Origin: a virus
Length of the DNA stretch: 64,000 nt
Direction: 5' to 3' (one strand)
Virus record (IMG/VR): IMGVR_UViG_3300022924_000016
Coordinates: 64,001-128,000 of that record
Shown: positions 49,463 through 58,325 of the stretch, piece by piece
Layout of the letters: each line of letters begins with the position of its first letter
How positions within the stretch are numbered: the first letter of the stretch is position 1
Position numbers and translations under genes: made by a program
Notes under the pieces: generated by a model
What the model was told of the DNA's origin: nothing
The model's database searches: none
Seen by the model: only the letters and a program-made list of their open reading frames with translations

Positions 49463-49746
49463 GACAAACAATCGTATGTATAAACTCGTCTATGCAAACA
49501 CACACAAAAGACGAAATTGAAAAAGACATGCCAAATTGGATCAAAAAGGATAAGAAATACACAATTAGAGCCTTGCACGATTTCGATTTTGTTTTAGGAA
49601 TTCTTTTAGAAGAGGTTAGAAACGATTTAAAGTATTTTAAGGTGGTAAACAAAACTATAGAGCCTGCTTTTGCTTCTTGGAGGTTCAGGGCATTAAAAGA
49701 GAGTGAAAAAGAAGTAGAAGTTGAACAATTAGAAACAGTAATATAA
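49450..49746 (+). CDS. hypothetical protein (SH3-like)
   Basis: IGQTIVCIN...YTIR...GILLEEV...FASWRF. Confidence 0.6.
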   Translation: MLEIGQTIVCINSSMQTHTKDEIEKDMPNWIKKDKKYTIRALHDFDFVLGILLEEVRNDLKYFKVVNKTIEPAFASWRFRALKESEKEVEVEQLETVI

Positions 49747-49921
49747 TGAAAAAATATGAGTATGCTAAATTAGTTGAAGAGTATGAATCTATGGGCTCTG
49801 TAGAAATAGGGGATATTAATAAACCTTACTTTTTCCCGAAATTATCAGAAGAAGAAAAGAAAATATATTCAAAACAGTTTAAGTTATTATGGGGTGATAA
49901 ATATTTAAAAAAATAAATAAA

Positions 49922-50152
49922 ATGGAGAATCAAGTATTAAATTACAATTATAGAAAAGGAGTAAGGGAAGTAAAACCAGCTCATCCAATGGTTCAGAATT
50001 GGTTATTTTCAGAAGAAACAGAAGACCAAGCAGTTTTGGCTAATTCTTTAGCTATAGTGGCTGAGAAGAACGGGTTAACGGCTAATGATTTGATTCATCT
50101 TTTTCCCGCGATTTTAAGAATGCTTAAAGATAACTCAAACTGGTCGAAATAA
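49922..50152 (+). CDS. hypothetical protein
   Basis: AATAAAATG start context. Confidence 0.55.
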   Translation: MENQVLNYNYRKGVREVKPAHPMVQNWLFSEETEDQAVLANSLAIVAEKNGLTANDLIHLFPAILRMLKDNSNWSK

Positions 50153-50415
50153 TGGCAAAGATACTAAAACTATATAATGGAGGACAGATTTATACAGGAG
50201 ATTTTAAAAGGTGTTACTTTTATGTCGCCGCGTATAGTTTCAAACACTGTATAGAACTTTTAAATGAAGCTACAGGAACCAATTCAATACCTTCTCAAAT
50301 GAATCCTTATTGGAATAAAGATTGTTGGGGAAATGCTATGCAAGGAATTGAGCCTACTGAACCCTGTGTTTATTACACTAATATTTCGGAAAAAGGACCT
50401 AAAAGATTATTATGA
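50152..50415 (+). CDS. hypothetical protein
   Basis: TAATG coupling. Confidence 0.55.
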   Translation: MAKILKLYNGGQIYTGDFKRCYFYVAAYSFKHCIELLNEATGTNSIPSQMNPYWNKDCWGNAMQGIEPTEPCVYYTNISEKGPKRLL

Positions 50416-50597
50416 CACTAATTATTTTAATACTTCTGTTCATAGCCTATAAATATTTTAAGCCTGACATTGAATGGATTGAAGAGAGTGAGATTTTGAT
50501 TATGCACTATCGTAAAGGGTTAAGTAGGGATTATATGATTTTGTGGAGAAAGAACCGTTCGTTTTAATTCTTTTTTTCCGCGCTAAAAACTAAATAA

Positions 50598-50996
50598 ATG
50601 ACAGATTGGCAACCCCACCCCGACTATAAGAATATGTTCTTTAAGATCAAGGATTTCAATGACTTTACATACTCTGTACAAATCACTTTATTAGAGAACA
50701 AAAGGTCTCAAAAGTTCTATGTCACAGCTTCTTCGGGTAAAAAGAGAAAAGATATGGAAGTATTTGAACAAAAAGCTGATAAATCCCTAGGCGGGATGAA
50801 AGCTTTACTGTGGATAAAAGAAACAGCTTTAAGTTTTACAGAGTGGTTTAATTTTCTGTATAAGGTAAAAGAAAATCAATATCTTTGTATAGGTTGGGCA
50901 GATAGCCGTAGAAGAAATATTTACGAGAGGCTTAAAAAAGACGGTTTTATCTTTATGATGGATGAGGGACAGAAAATATTAATGAAGAAATTATGA
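50598..50996 (+). CDS. hypothetical protein
   Basis: 132-aa ORF; IGWADSRRRNIY. Confidence 0.6.
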   Translation: MTDWQPHPDYKNMFFKIKDFNDFTYSVQITLLENKRSQKFYVTASSGKKRKDMEVFEQKADKSLGGMKALLWIKETALSFTEWFNFLYKVKENQYLCIGWADSRRRNIYERLKKDGFIFMMDEGQKILMKKL

Positions 50997-51202
50997 TAGG
51001 AGAGTGGTATAAGTGGGAAGAAGACTTCAATAAAGTAAGAACAGCTTTGAAATTAGAAATAAAAAAGTTTAATAAAGAAAATCAGTTATGTTACTATGAT
51101 TCGATTGATTTGACAGGTAAAGGACTAGATGAAGAAACCGCCGAAGAAATTGAGGGGATAAGATTCGGAGTTTCTAAAGGAACGGAAATAACACCGATAT
51201 AA
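50993..51202 (+). CDS. hypothetical protein
   Basis: ATGA coupling. Confidence 0.5.
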   Translation: MIGEWYKWEEDFNKVRTALKLEIKKFNKENQLCYYDSIDLTGKGLDEETAEEIEGIRFGVSKGTEITPI

Positions 51203-51204
51203 TT

Positions 51205-51426
51205 ATGATAAAAGAAAATTTTGAAAAATTAACAGAAGAAGATTTAATATTTGACTCACTCAGTATCCCGCAATGCTGGGAAGAATTCGAGAGAACAGGA
51301 GACTTAAAACCTCTAGAGAACGCTTCAATAGCTCTAAATAAAGTCCTAAGAGAAAGCGTTGAAATTTTAAAAACAACAAATCCTGAGAATGTATATTTAA
51401 TTAACCGCTTAAAACAGTTTATATAA
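51205..51426 (+). CDS. hypothetical protein
   Basis: Operon ORF. Confidence 0.5.
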   Translation: MIKENFEKLTEEDLIFDSLSIPQCWEEFERTGDLKPLENASIALNKVLRESVEILKTTNPENVYLINRLKQFI

Positions 51427-51896
51427 TGAAAAAATATTCAGATAATCAATACCGAGGAATTTTTAGAAATAATAATCTTACAGATTTAGCATTAATAAAG
51501 AACAAAAAGAAAAAAGGATTAGGTGCAAACTTAGTCTCTTTGGAAGCATTGACTTATATTCTAGAAGATTTCGGAATTAGTGTTTTTGGGGCAACAAAAG
51601 TAGAAAACACAGAATTAGAATTTTACTATGCTTGGGTGGATTTAGAAGTGCCTTTAGAGAATGAAGAACTACTTAGACAGCTTTATGGGTATGAAGATAT
51701 AACAGTTGATGTCGGAATAACCCAAAATTTTGTTGAGAATTGTCAAATTTCTTTTGGATATAACACTAAGAATTTTACTTGCCAGCTTAGAAAAAATATT
51801 TTTGGAACAATTGAAGAAAGAAAACTTTTCACTAGCTTTACAGAAATGATGGAAAAGATTAACTCTACTGAAGATGTAGAAAAATGGTTTGAATAA
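51426..51896 (+). CDS. hypothetical protein
   Basis: TAATG coupling. Confidence 0.55.
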   Translation: MKKYSDNQYRGIFRNNNLTDLALIKNKKKKGLGANLVSLEALTYILEDFGISVFGATKVENTELEFYYAWVDLEVPLENEELLRQLYGYEDITVDVGITQNFVENCQISFGYNTKNFTCQLRKNIFGTIEERKLFTSFTEMMEKINSTEDVEKWFE

Positions 51897-52102
51897 TGCA
51901 AGAATATAAAAAATACAATACATTCAAAGAGTGGAGCAATGAACACTTGATGCTGGCATTATATCAAGTAGAAGAAAGCTTTGATTATTTCTTAGAGCTA
52001 AGAATTTCAGAACTTGAATCTCTACAAGAAAAGTGCGAGACAGAATGTGAGAAGCAAGCCAACATTAGAGTTATTAACGAGTTAAAAAGATTGGGGAAAT
52101 AG
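51896..52102 (+). CDS. hypothetical protein
   Basis: TAATG coupling. Confidence 0.5.
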   Translation: MQEYKKYNTFKEWSNEHLMLALYQVEESFDYFLELRISELESLQEKCETECEKQANIRVINELKRLGK

Positions 52103-53023
52103 ATGGATGAAAGTTTTATTGACAGTATATCTTTTCCTTGGTATGAGGCCGATATCAGAAAAATAAGACCGAAAGGAAACATTACTCTCAGGCAAATGAT
52201 TAACTCTACCATAGCTCCAAAAGAAGTACTAAAGCAAACTTTTAGAGAAATTGAAAAAGCTTCTTTGGCGGGAGATAAAACTTTGAAAGCAGAATTAAAA
52301 AAAGGTCTTTTTGCAATGACTCCATGTGTTCAAATAGAGGGTTCGAGAAATTATGAAAGTGTTAAATCATTCAACAATATTTTAGTAATCGAGTATGATG
52401 GAATTGAACATTCTAATATCTTGAGAGACTATGTTTTTGAGAAATTTGACAGTTGTTTTTTTGCCTTTTTGTCACCGAGTAAAAGTGGTTGTAAATTTTT
52501 ATTCAGAATCAGTCCAGTAACGACAGTTTTGGAATTCAAAAGGCTTTTTTGGGGACTTGCTTATGAGTTAGATAAGTTTATAAATTTGGATTATTCGGGA
52601 GCCAACCCTGTATTACCTTTGTTTATAAGCTGGGATGAAGAGGCCAAAGTGAGAGAAAACCCAACAGAATGGTCAAGAGGCGGGTATAAGGAAGGAAGTT
52701 TTGTTGCGTATGAAGGAGATTTCGAAACCCCAGAAGATGTAAATGAAGAGGATAAAAAAGAAGTTATAAATAAGATAACGTACTTATTCAATAAGATTGA
52801 AGATAATGGCCATCCACAATGCCTTAAAGCTTCCTGCCTCCTTTCAGGTTATGTAGCAAGCAATTATATCTCATTTGATGAAGCGCAAGATCTACTGATA
52901 GAACTTATTGACAATAATGACTATCTTTCAAAAGACCTGAATAACTACAAAACGACTGCTAAAACAATGCTATTGAAATGTCTCGGAAGCCCTGTTCTTT
53001 TAAAACGCCACCAAAATGACTAG
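52103..53023 (+). CDS. VirE-N/BT4734-family primase-like (AEP) protein with helical C-terminal domain
   Basis: KxxLFAMTP, ILVIEYDG, SPSKSGCK, LFISWD motifs. Confidence 0.7.
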   Translation: MDESFIDSISFPWYEADIRKIRPKGNITLRQMINSTIAPKEVLKQTFREIEKASLAGDKTLKAELKKGLFAMTPCVQIEGSRNYESVKSFNNILVIEYDGIEHSNILRDYVFEKFDSCFFAFLSPSKSGCKFLFRISPVTTVLEFKRLFWGLAYELDKFINLDYSGANPVLPLFISWDEEAKVRENPTEWSRGGYKEGSFVAYEGDFETPEDVNEEDKKEVINKITYLFNKIEDNGHPQCLKASCLLSGYVASNYISFDEAQDLLIELIDNNDYLSKDLNNYKTTAKTMLLKCLGSPVLLKRHQND

Positions 53024-53158
53024 AGAAGAAAAACTGATTAGTTTATTACAACCTAAAGATTATGTTTCAAAATTAAAATTGTATTGTAGAGACAGCGTTT
53101 TTAAAATAGAAAAATTCCGCGAAAAAGAGAAACACACTAAAAGAGTAAAAATAACAAA

Positions 53159-53404
53159 ATGGACAGAAGAAGGGTAGAAATAGAAGGTAGGTATGTAGAT
53201 CAAGAGGGGGGTGTAACAGTAATTTCAGTGCCTATTAGAGAGCTAATTGAAACATTGGACTATAATGGCTACACTGTAGTTCAAGATAGCGAAGTTAACC
53301 TGGATTATTCAGATAAGATAAAATTTGAAGAACTGGTAGAGAAGTACTTAAAAGCCTCTTGGAGTGAAAGAGAAGAAATTTACAAAAATGCCACGAAACA
53401 ATAA
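53159..53404 (+). CDS. hypothetical protein
   Basis: Operon ORF. Confidence 0.5.
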   Translation: MDRRRVEIEGRYVDQEGGVTVISVPIRELIETLDYNGYTVVQDSEVNLDYSDKIKFEELVEKYLKASWSEREEIYKNATKQ

Positions 53405-53621
53405 AGAGTATTGCCGTAATTGGCACGCTAAGAATAGAGAAAGAAGTAGAGAACTAGCCAAAGAATATTACCAAAGAATCTCAAAGCCAATAGAGCCTTT
53501 AAAATCACAAAAAGAAGTGAATAAAATACTTAAACATAATTCTGAGTGTTTTTTATACGATTTAGAAGTTGAGAAATGGTCTTTAAGGCATTGGAGAATA
53601 TTTGAAAAATTAACAGATTAA
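53388..53621 (+). CDS. hypothetical basic protein
   Basis: ATG 53388; KEYCRNWHAKNRE. Confidence 0.5.
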   Translation: MPRNNKEYCRNWHAKNRERSRELAKEYYQRISKPIEPLKSQKEVNKILKHNSECFLYDLEVEKWSLRHWRIFEKLTD

Positions 53622-53630
53622 AAATACTAT

Positions 53631-53891
53631 ATGAAAGACAAAACCCTAGAATTAGACGAAAATTACTCGATAGAAATTACAACAAACGATTTCTACTTGA
53701 AGTATGAGAACAAGTACCTGAAAGACGGCAAAGAAGTAAACTCCAAAAACGGATGGTCTTATCCAAACCTAAAACTGAGCCTAAAAAAGTATCTAGAGGA
53801 AAGCCAAAAACAAGATAGTTTAAATGGTATTTTAGAAGCAACAAATAGAGTAGAACAAACAATTGAAGCATTATGCAAAACTTTAAAGTAG
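53631..53891 (+). CDS. hypothetical protein, tandem paralog of next ORF
   Basis: LDENYSIEI...LKxxLKKY. Confidence 0.55.
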   Translation: MKDKTLELDENYSIEITTNDFYLKYENKYLKDGKEVNSKNGWSYPNLKLSLKKYLEESQKQDSLNGILEATNRVEQTIEALCKTLK

Positions 53892-54088
53892 ATACAAATT
53901 ACACAATTGAAGTAGCAGAGGAAGCATTTACTTTAAATCATAAAGATAAAACTTATCCCCATAAAACCTTAAAAGACGTACTACAGCAGTACATAAGCTT
54001 GGCTTTGGACGAGGATAATTTTGAATTGGTTTTTAAAAACGCCGAGACAGTAGAAACAAAGATAAAAAGACAGTTTAAAAAGAGATGA
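53873..54088 (+). CDS. hypothetical protein, tandem paralog of previous ORF
   Basis: VDTNYTIEV...LKxxLQQY. Confidence 0.55.
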   Translation: MQNFKVDTNYTIEVAEEAFTLNHKDKTYPHKTLKDVLQQYISLALDEDNFELVFKNAETVETKIKRQFKKR

Positions 54089-54288
54089 AAGAACTTAGAA
54101 AAAATGAGTACGTTGAGCTACTTGAAATAAATGAACTAATTTTTGAAGAAAAAGAACATTCAATAGTAGCGGACATACCAAAAATAGGTAAAACAACCTA
54201 TTATCCAAAATCGAACAAAGTTCTAATCCACAAAGAAAATAAGTGGGAAGAAGATGGATTTTACTACATTAAAAACAAACTAAAATGA
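54085..54288 (+). CDS. hypothetical protein
   Basis: YYPKSNKVLIHKENKW; ATGA coupling. Confidence 0.55.
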   Translation: MKELRKNEYVELLEINELIFEEKEHSIVADIPKIGKTTYYPKSNKVLIHKENKWEEDGFYYIKNKLK

Positions 54289-54515
54289 AATATCAAGAAT
54301 TAGAGGATAACAAAAATTTCCAAAAAGGGGATCGTGTGATTATTCCCGTAGGCTTCGGATATAAGATACTTGATGTATTGGAAGATGATTTAGGATTATA
54401 CTGTGTAGATCCCTGCGGAGGAAAATCAAGCAAAAGACATATTTTCATATCCGAGCATGATAAGTGGGATACTTCGTTAATAAAAGAATTAGGATTTAGA
54501 AAAATAAAACAATAG
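54285..54515 (+). CDS. hypothetical protein
   Basis: ATGA coupling. Confidence 0.5.
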   Translation: MKYQELEDNKNFQKGDRVIIPVGFGYKILDVLEDDLGLYCVDPCGGKSSKRHIFISEHDKWDTSLIKELGFRKIKQ

Positions 54516-54878
54516 ATGCAAAAAGAAATTAATACGTTAAGAGATATCTGCTATAAAAACTCATTTAATGCAGGCTGGCATACAAATTTAGCAACAGGGG
54601 AGATATTGAAAAGAAATAAAGGCGAAATGCTGATGTTAGTAGTCACTGAAATAGCTGAGGCGATGGAAGGGGAAAGGAAAGACTTAATGGATGACCACTT
54701 ACCAAACAGACCGATGGCAGAAGTAGAAATGGCGGATGCTGTAATCAGGATTATGGATTATTGTGGTAGATGGGGATATGATATTGGTGGAGCGATTGAA
54801 GAGAAGTTGCAATACAACAAAAGTCGTTTAGATCACAAAGTAGAAAACAGAATAAAAGATGGAGGTAAAAAGTTCTAA
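54516..54878 (+). CDS. MazG-like nucleotide pyrophosphohydrolase
   Basis: TEIAEAME...EVEMADAVIRIMD...EKLQYN (ExxE / ExxD). Confidence 0.85.
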   Translation: MQKEINTLRDICYKNSFNAGWHTNLATGEILKRNKGEMLMLVVTEIAEAMEGERKDLMDDHLPNRPMAEVEMADAVIRIMDYCGRWGYDIGGAIEEKLQYNKSRLDHKVENRIKDGGKKF

Positions 54879-55120
54879 TGTCTAACCGACAAAAAGCATT
54901 AGAGGCACTAAATTCAAAAACATTGCCTCTAAATTTAATTTGGAATTGCTACCTAGAAGAATGCCATGAAAGAAAATTCAGAGCACATCCAATAAGCACA
55001 TTCCAAACAGCAATCAACCAATGGATAAGGTTTACAGATACTGACTTAAATTTGTATTTGGTTAAGAAGTTCAAAATAAACAGTCTAGAGAAAGACGGAG
55101 AAATCATAAAATATTATTAG
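54878..55120 (+). CDS. hypothetical protein
   Basis: TAATG coupling. Confidence 0.5.
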   Translation: MSNRQKALEALNSKTLPLNLIWNCYLEECHERKFRAHPISTFQTAINQWIRFTDTDLNLYLVKKFKINSLEKDGEIIKYY

Positions 55121-55121
55121 A

Positions 55122-55739
55122 ATGTTCGTCAATTTTAAAGTTGTAGATAAGTTCTTAAAAGAATTTAAGATAGAAGATTTATTTTTTATTCTCGCCGTAA
55201 AACAGCAAGACCGAGAAAACATACAAGAGTATTGTAATTTAAGTTCAAGCCAAAAACTTTTAGATTCAGGCTATTTAAAACGAATCAAAAACGGTGAATT
55301 AAGGCTTGATAAAAAAGGTACAGAGTTTTTAAGGGATTTGGGTAAGTCAGACAAGATTAGCGAGGATACAGAGAAACTATGTTCTTGGCTGGTTGAATTG
55401 TATCGAGGTAGAGAAGATGGAATCGTGAAAAATAAACAAGAAATTCGTAGAAAGGCTCAGTGGTATTCGGACGAGACAGGGATCTTTAAAAATCGTTTAG
55501 CTGTATTGTTGCAATGTTTTATGCAAGACTGCTACACAAAGGAATCTGGCTTGACAATACAAGAGTTTAAAGAACAGAATCCAAGAATGTGCATGAACAA
55601 TATGTTGGACAATTTATTCTATAAGCCCGAATCAATGTTCGACAAGCACTACACACTTGCCAAATCTCCTTTGAATAACTACTTTGAAGATAACCAACAG
55701 TACATTGAAGAGGTTTGGCGAAAAAACAATTTAGAATAG
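55122..55739 (+). CDS. hypothetical protein, possible N-terminal winged helix (replication-associated?)
   Basis: LLDSGYLK...LRLDKKG resembles a wHTH wing. Confidence 0.5.
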   Translation: MFVNFKVVDKFLKEFKIEDLFFILAVKQQDRENIQEYCNLSSSQKLLDSGYLKRIKNGELRLDKKGTEFLRDLGKSDKISEDTEKLCSWLVELYRGREDGIVKNKQEIRRKAQWYSDETGIFKNRLAVLLQCFMQDCYTKESGLTIQEFKEQNPRMCMNNMLDNLFYKPESMFDKHYTLAKSPLNNYFEDNQQYIEEVWRKNNLE

Positions 55740-55741
55740 AA

Positions 55742-56395
55742 ATGAGAAAGAAAAAATTAGTTGAATTATTTGCAGGCTCAAGATGTATGAGTAAAGAAGG
55801 TGAAAAATTGGGAATGGAGACATTTTCTATTGATTGGACACCTTATGAAGATATTGATTTATCTATTGATATTGAATATTTACTTTTAAGTGATATTCCT
55901 TTTATACCCGATCACGTTCACGCATCTTTCGACTGCACTACTTACACCATTGCCGCTATCTCGCATCATAGAAATGGCACAGAACCAAAATCAGACTATG
56001 CAAAAAAATGTGATAGAGTGAATCAAAGAGTGATTTTTTTAATTAAAGAATGGATGAAAGTAAACCCAAACTTAACTTTTACTTTTGAAAATCCAAGAGG
56101 AATGTTGAGGCATATGCGATGGATGCAAGAATTTAAAAGATACACGGTTTGGTATTGCCAGTATGGAGATGAAAGAGCTAAACCAACAGATATTTGGACT
56201 AACTTGCAGAATTGGAAACCTAGACCTATGTGCAGAAATTACAAATATGACAAAGAGGGTAATATAATAGATAAGCATTGTCATCACGAAAGTGCAAGAC
56301 GTGGAGCAAAAACAGGAACTCAGGGTAAAAAAGGAAGTTATGAACGATCTAAAATACCAGTAGAACTCTGTCAAGAAATCTTAAAATCAATTTAG
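55742..56395 (+). CDS. short phage-type C5 DNA methyltransferase-like protein
   Basis: ELFAGS (motif I), HASFDCT (catalytic Cys), FENPRG (VI), YCQYG..KPTDIW. Confidence 0.75.
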   Translation: MRKKKLVELFAGSRCMSKEGEKLGMETFSIDWTPYEDIDLSIDIEYLLLSDIPFIPDHVHASFDCTTYTIAAISHHRNGTEPKSDYAKKCDRVNQRVIFLIKEWMKVNPNLTFTFENPRGMLRHMRWMQEFKRYTVWYCQYGDERAKPTDIWTNLQNWKPRPMCRNYKYDKEGNIIDKHCHHESARRGAKTGTQGKKGSYERSKIPVELCQEILKSI

Positions 56396-56397
56396 AT

Positions 56398-56693
56398 ATG
56401 AAAATGGAGTATAAGGGTAGATGGGGGATTGCAGTATGAAAGGGGAGGAGGTAAAAACTTAAACTTAATCATGCCAAATCATTTATACACAGACTCCACA
56501 CGAACAGATCAGAAAAGTATTAAGAAGAAACGGTACAACCATCTTGAAAGATATTTCAGATGAGTGGTTAGATAACATTATTATTTATGAAGAAGACCAA
56601 AGACCTGATAATCCTTTTTTACCTATTTATCACGCGGAAAAAGAGTTTAGAAAAATGAATGATATTTCAAACAAAACTGACGATAATGATTGA
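56398..56693 (+). pseudogene. frameshifted gene remnant
   Basis: MK / WSIRVDGGLQYERGG..YTD / PHEQIRK..LKDISDEWLDNII read in three successive frames (shifts near 56404 and 56495). Confidence 0.5.
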
Positions 56694-56711
56694 AATAACG
56701 GACAATAAAAA

Positions 56712-56930
56712 ATGAAAAATGAATTAAAACCACTCAAAAACCGTCTAAATAAAATAGGAATCGAAATGTCAGGAAACGTTCCTTGGATATATTTAGATAA
56801 AGTAAACGGCAAAAGAGTCCAAGAAAAACTACATTCCGAACATTATTTTACAGTAGCTTTTTATAGTAGTAAAGGTTACATCTTGACAGACCTAAAAGAA
56901 ATATTTAAAATTATTAGAAAATATAGATGA
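56712..56930 (+). CDS. hypothetical protein
   Basis: GNVPWIYLDKVNGKRV.EK..SEH.FT. Confidence 0.6.
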   Translation: MKNELKPLKNRLNKIGIEMSGNVPWIYLDKVNGKRVQEKLHSEHYFTVAFYSSKGYILTDLKEIFKIIRKYR

Positions 56931-57139
56931 CAACAAGACACGAACTATACTCAGAACTTGAAATTTGGGTGAAAGATAAAATAGAAGATTTAGAAATCGA
57001 AAGGGATGAAGAATCAATGATGTGGCAAGAGGGCGCAGAAAACCCAAGCCACGAAGATTATGAAATCTGTATACAAGCTTTAAATCAAATCAATAAAGAC
57101 TATCACGAATCAATGGAATTTTTAGAGAATTTATTATGA
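56927..57139 (+). CDS. hypothetical acidic protein
   Basis: ATGA coupling. Confidence 0.5.
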   Translation: MTTRHELYSELEIWVKDKIEDLEIERDEESMMWQEGAENPSHEDYEICIQALNQINKDYHESMEFLENLL

Positions 57140-57402
57140 AAGTACAAGAGTTTTTAAAAGAAATTTCAATGAACATAGGAGTAGTTGACAATCATTCTTA
57201 CTTAACAAAGGCAATGGAAGATTTTGCCGAATATAAATTAAAAGAGTATCAAAAAAGTCTTGCAAGTATGTGTGAAGAAGAAATCAAAAATTGTTGGGAT
57301 TTTGGAGAAATGTCTGAAACAGAAGAAGATGCAGTGATGTGGATGCACAGAAGAAACACATTTGAAGAACTACAATCTAAGTTTGAAAATGAAACTACTT
57401 AA
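57136..57402 (+). CDS. hypothetical protein
   Basis: ATGA coupling. Confidence 0.5.
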   Translation: MKVQEFLKEISMNIGVVDNHSYLTKAMEDFAEYKLKEYQKSLASMCEEEIKNCWDFGEMSETEEDAVMWMHRRNTFEELQSKFENETT

Positions 57403-57544
57403 AGACCGTTTAAACCATTTAAAATCAGATTTGGCGGGAGAAGAAAATCCAAAACTAGATAAATTTCTAAATAAAGAAAAAATAAACAGTTTAAAAATAA
57501 GAATCCGAGAATTAGAGTATTTAATATTTAAAAGCGAAAAATAA
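57389..57544 (+). CDS. hypothetical protein
   Basis: ATG 57389. Confidence 0.45.
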   Translation: MKLLKDRLNHLKSDLAGEENPKLDKFLNKEKINSLKIRIRELEYLIFKSEK

Positions 57545-57546
57545 TT

Positions 57547-57930
57547 ATGTCATATCAAGAATTACACTACGGAAAATTAAAAAAGATTCAGCAATTACCA
57601 CTACAAGAACTTGTAACTTGGGTAGAAACAAAACCAAATTTAGAAATTGAGGATTTTGAAGAGAAAATGGAAGATGAGTATGACTACTTTGAAATCCGCG
57701 ATAAAACTAAAAGATACAAAGAACCGTTTTATATAAAATATATCTGGAATAAAGGTAATTTATACGAAATGGTAGAACACTCAGGAGAATTAGAATCAGA
57801 TGATTTATATTTGACAACAGAAAACTCTGATGGTACAATCAGTTTCACATATTCATTCTATAACGGTGGGACTTGTCTTTCAGAGCTTTTGGAAGAAGGC
57901 CTTGATAAAATCCCGAAAAAAAGAAACTAA
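57547..57930 (+). CDS. conserved phage hypothetical protein
   Basis: HYGKL...FYNGGTCLSE. Confidence 0.6.
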   Translation: MSYQELHYGKLKKIQQLPLQELVTWVETKPNLEIEDFEEKMEDEYDYFEIRDKTKRYKEPFYIKYIWNKGNLYEMVEHSGELESDDLYLTTENSDGTISFTYSFYNGGTCLSELLEEGLDKIPKKRN

Positions 57931-58209
57931 ATGAACATATTCAAAAGATTATTCGGCAAAAAGAAATTGGAACAGGAAAGAATAATTCCAAGACCATATT
58001 CCTCATTTTATGCTAGCAGAACAGCAAGTACTAGCACAACATATACTGACATCAACAGTATAATTTTTACAACCTCAGATTATTCTAACGACTCTAGTAG
58101 TTTTGATTCAGGATTTGGAGGAGGAGATTTTAGCGGAGGCGGTGCAGGAGGAAGTTGGGATTCGGATAGCAGTTCCTATGATTCAAGTAATTCAAGTGGA
58201 GATTATTAA
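57931..58209 (+). CDS. small Gly/Ser-rich protein with GFGGGDFSGGGAGGSW motif
   Basis: Motif resembles the C-terminal tail of TPM/YgcG-family proteins. Confidence 0.6.
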   Translation: MNIFKRLFGKKKLEQERIIPRPYSSFYASRTASTSTTYTDINSIIFTTSDYSNDSSSFDSGFGGGDFSGGGAGGSWDSDSSSYDSSNSSGDY

Positions 58210-58325
58210 AATAATGTTAAAGCAGTGCAAATCGGCGCAAAAAACAGTTAAAAACAAATGAACATAAACAGAATCAAAGAACTTTTCCAAGAGGAAGACA
58301 ACATTACAAAAACGACTTAAACTAA

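Noticed and set aside
58210-58325. Short ORFs upstream of the phosphoesterase
   Set aside because: Only 15-20 codons with no recognisable features.
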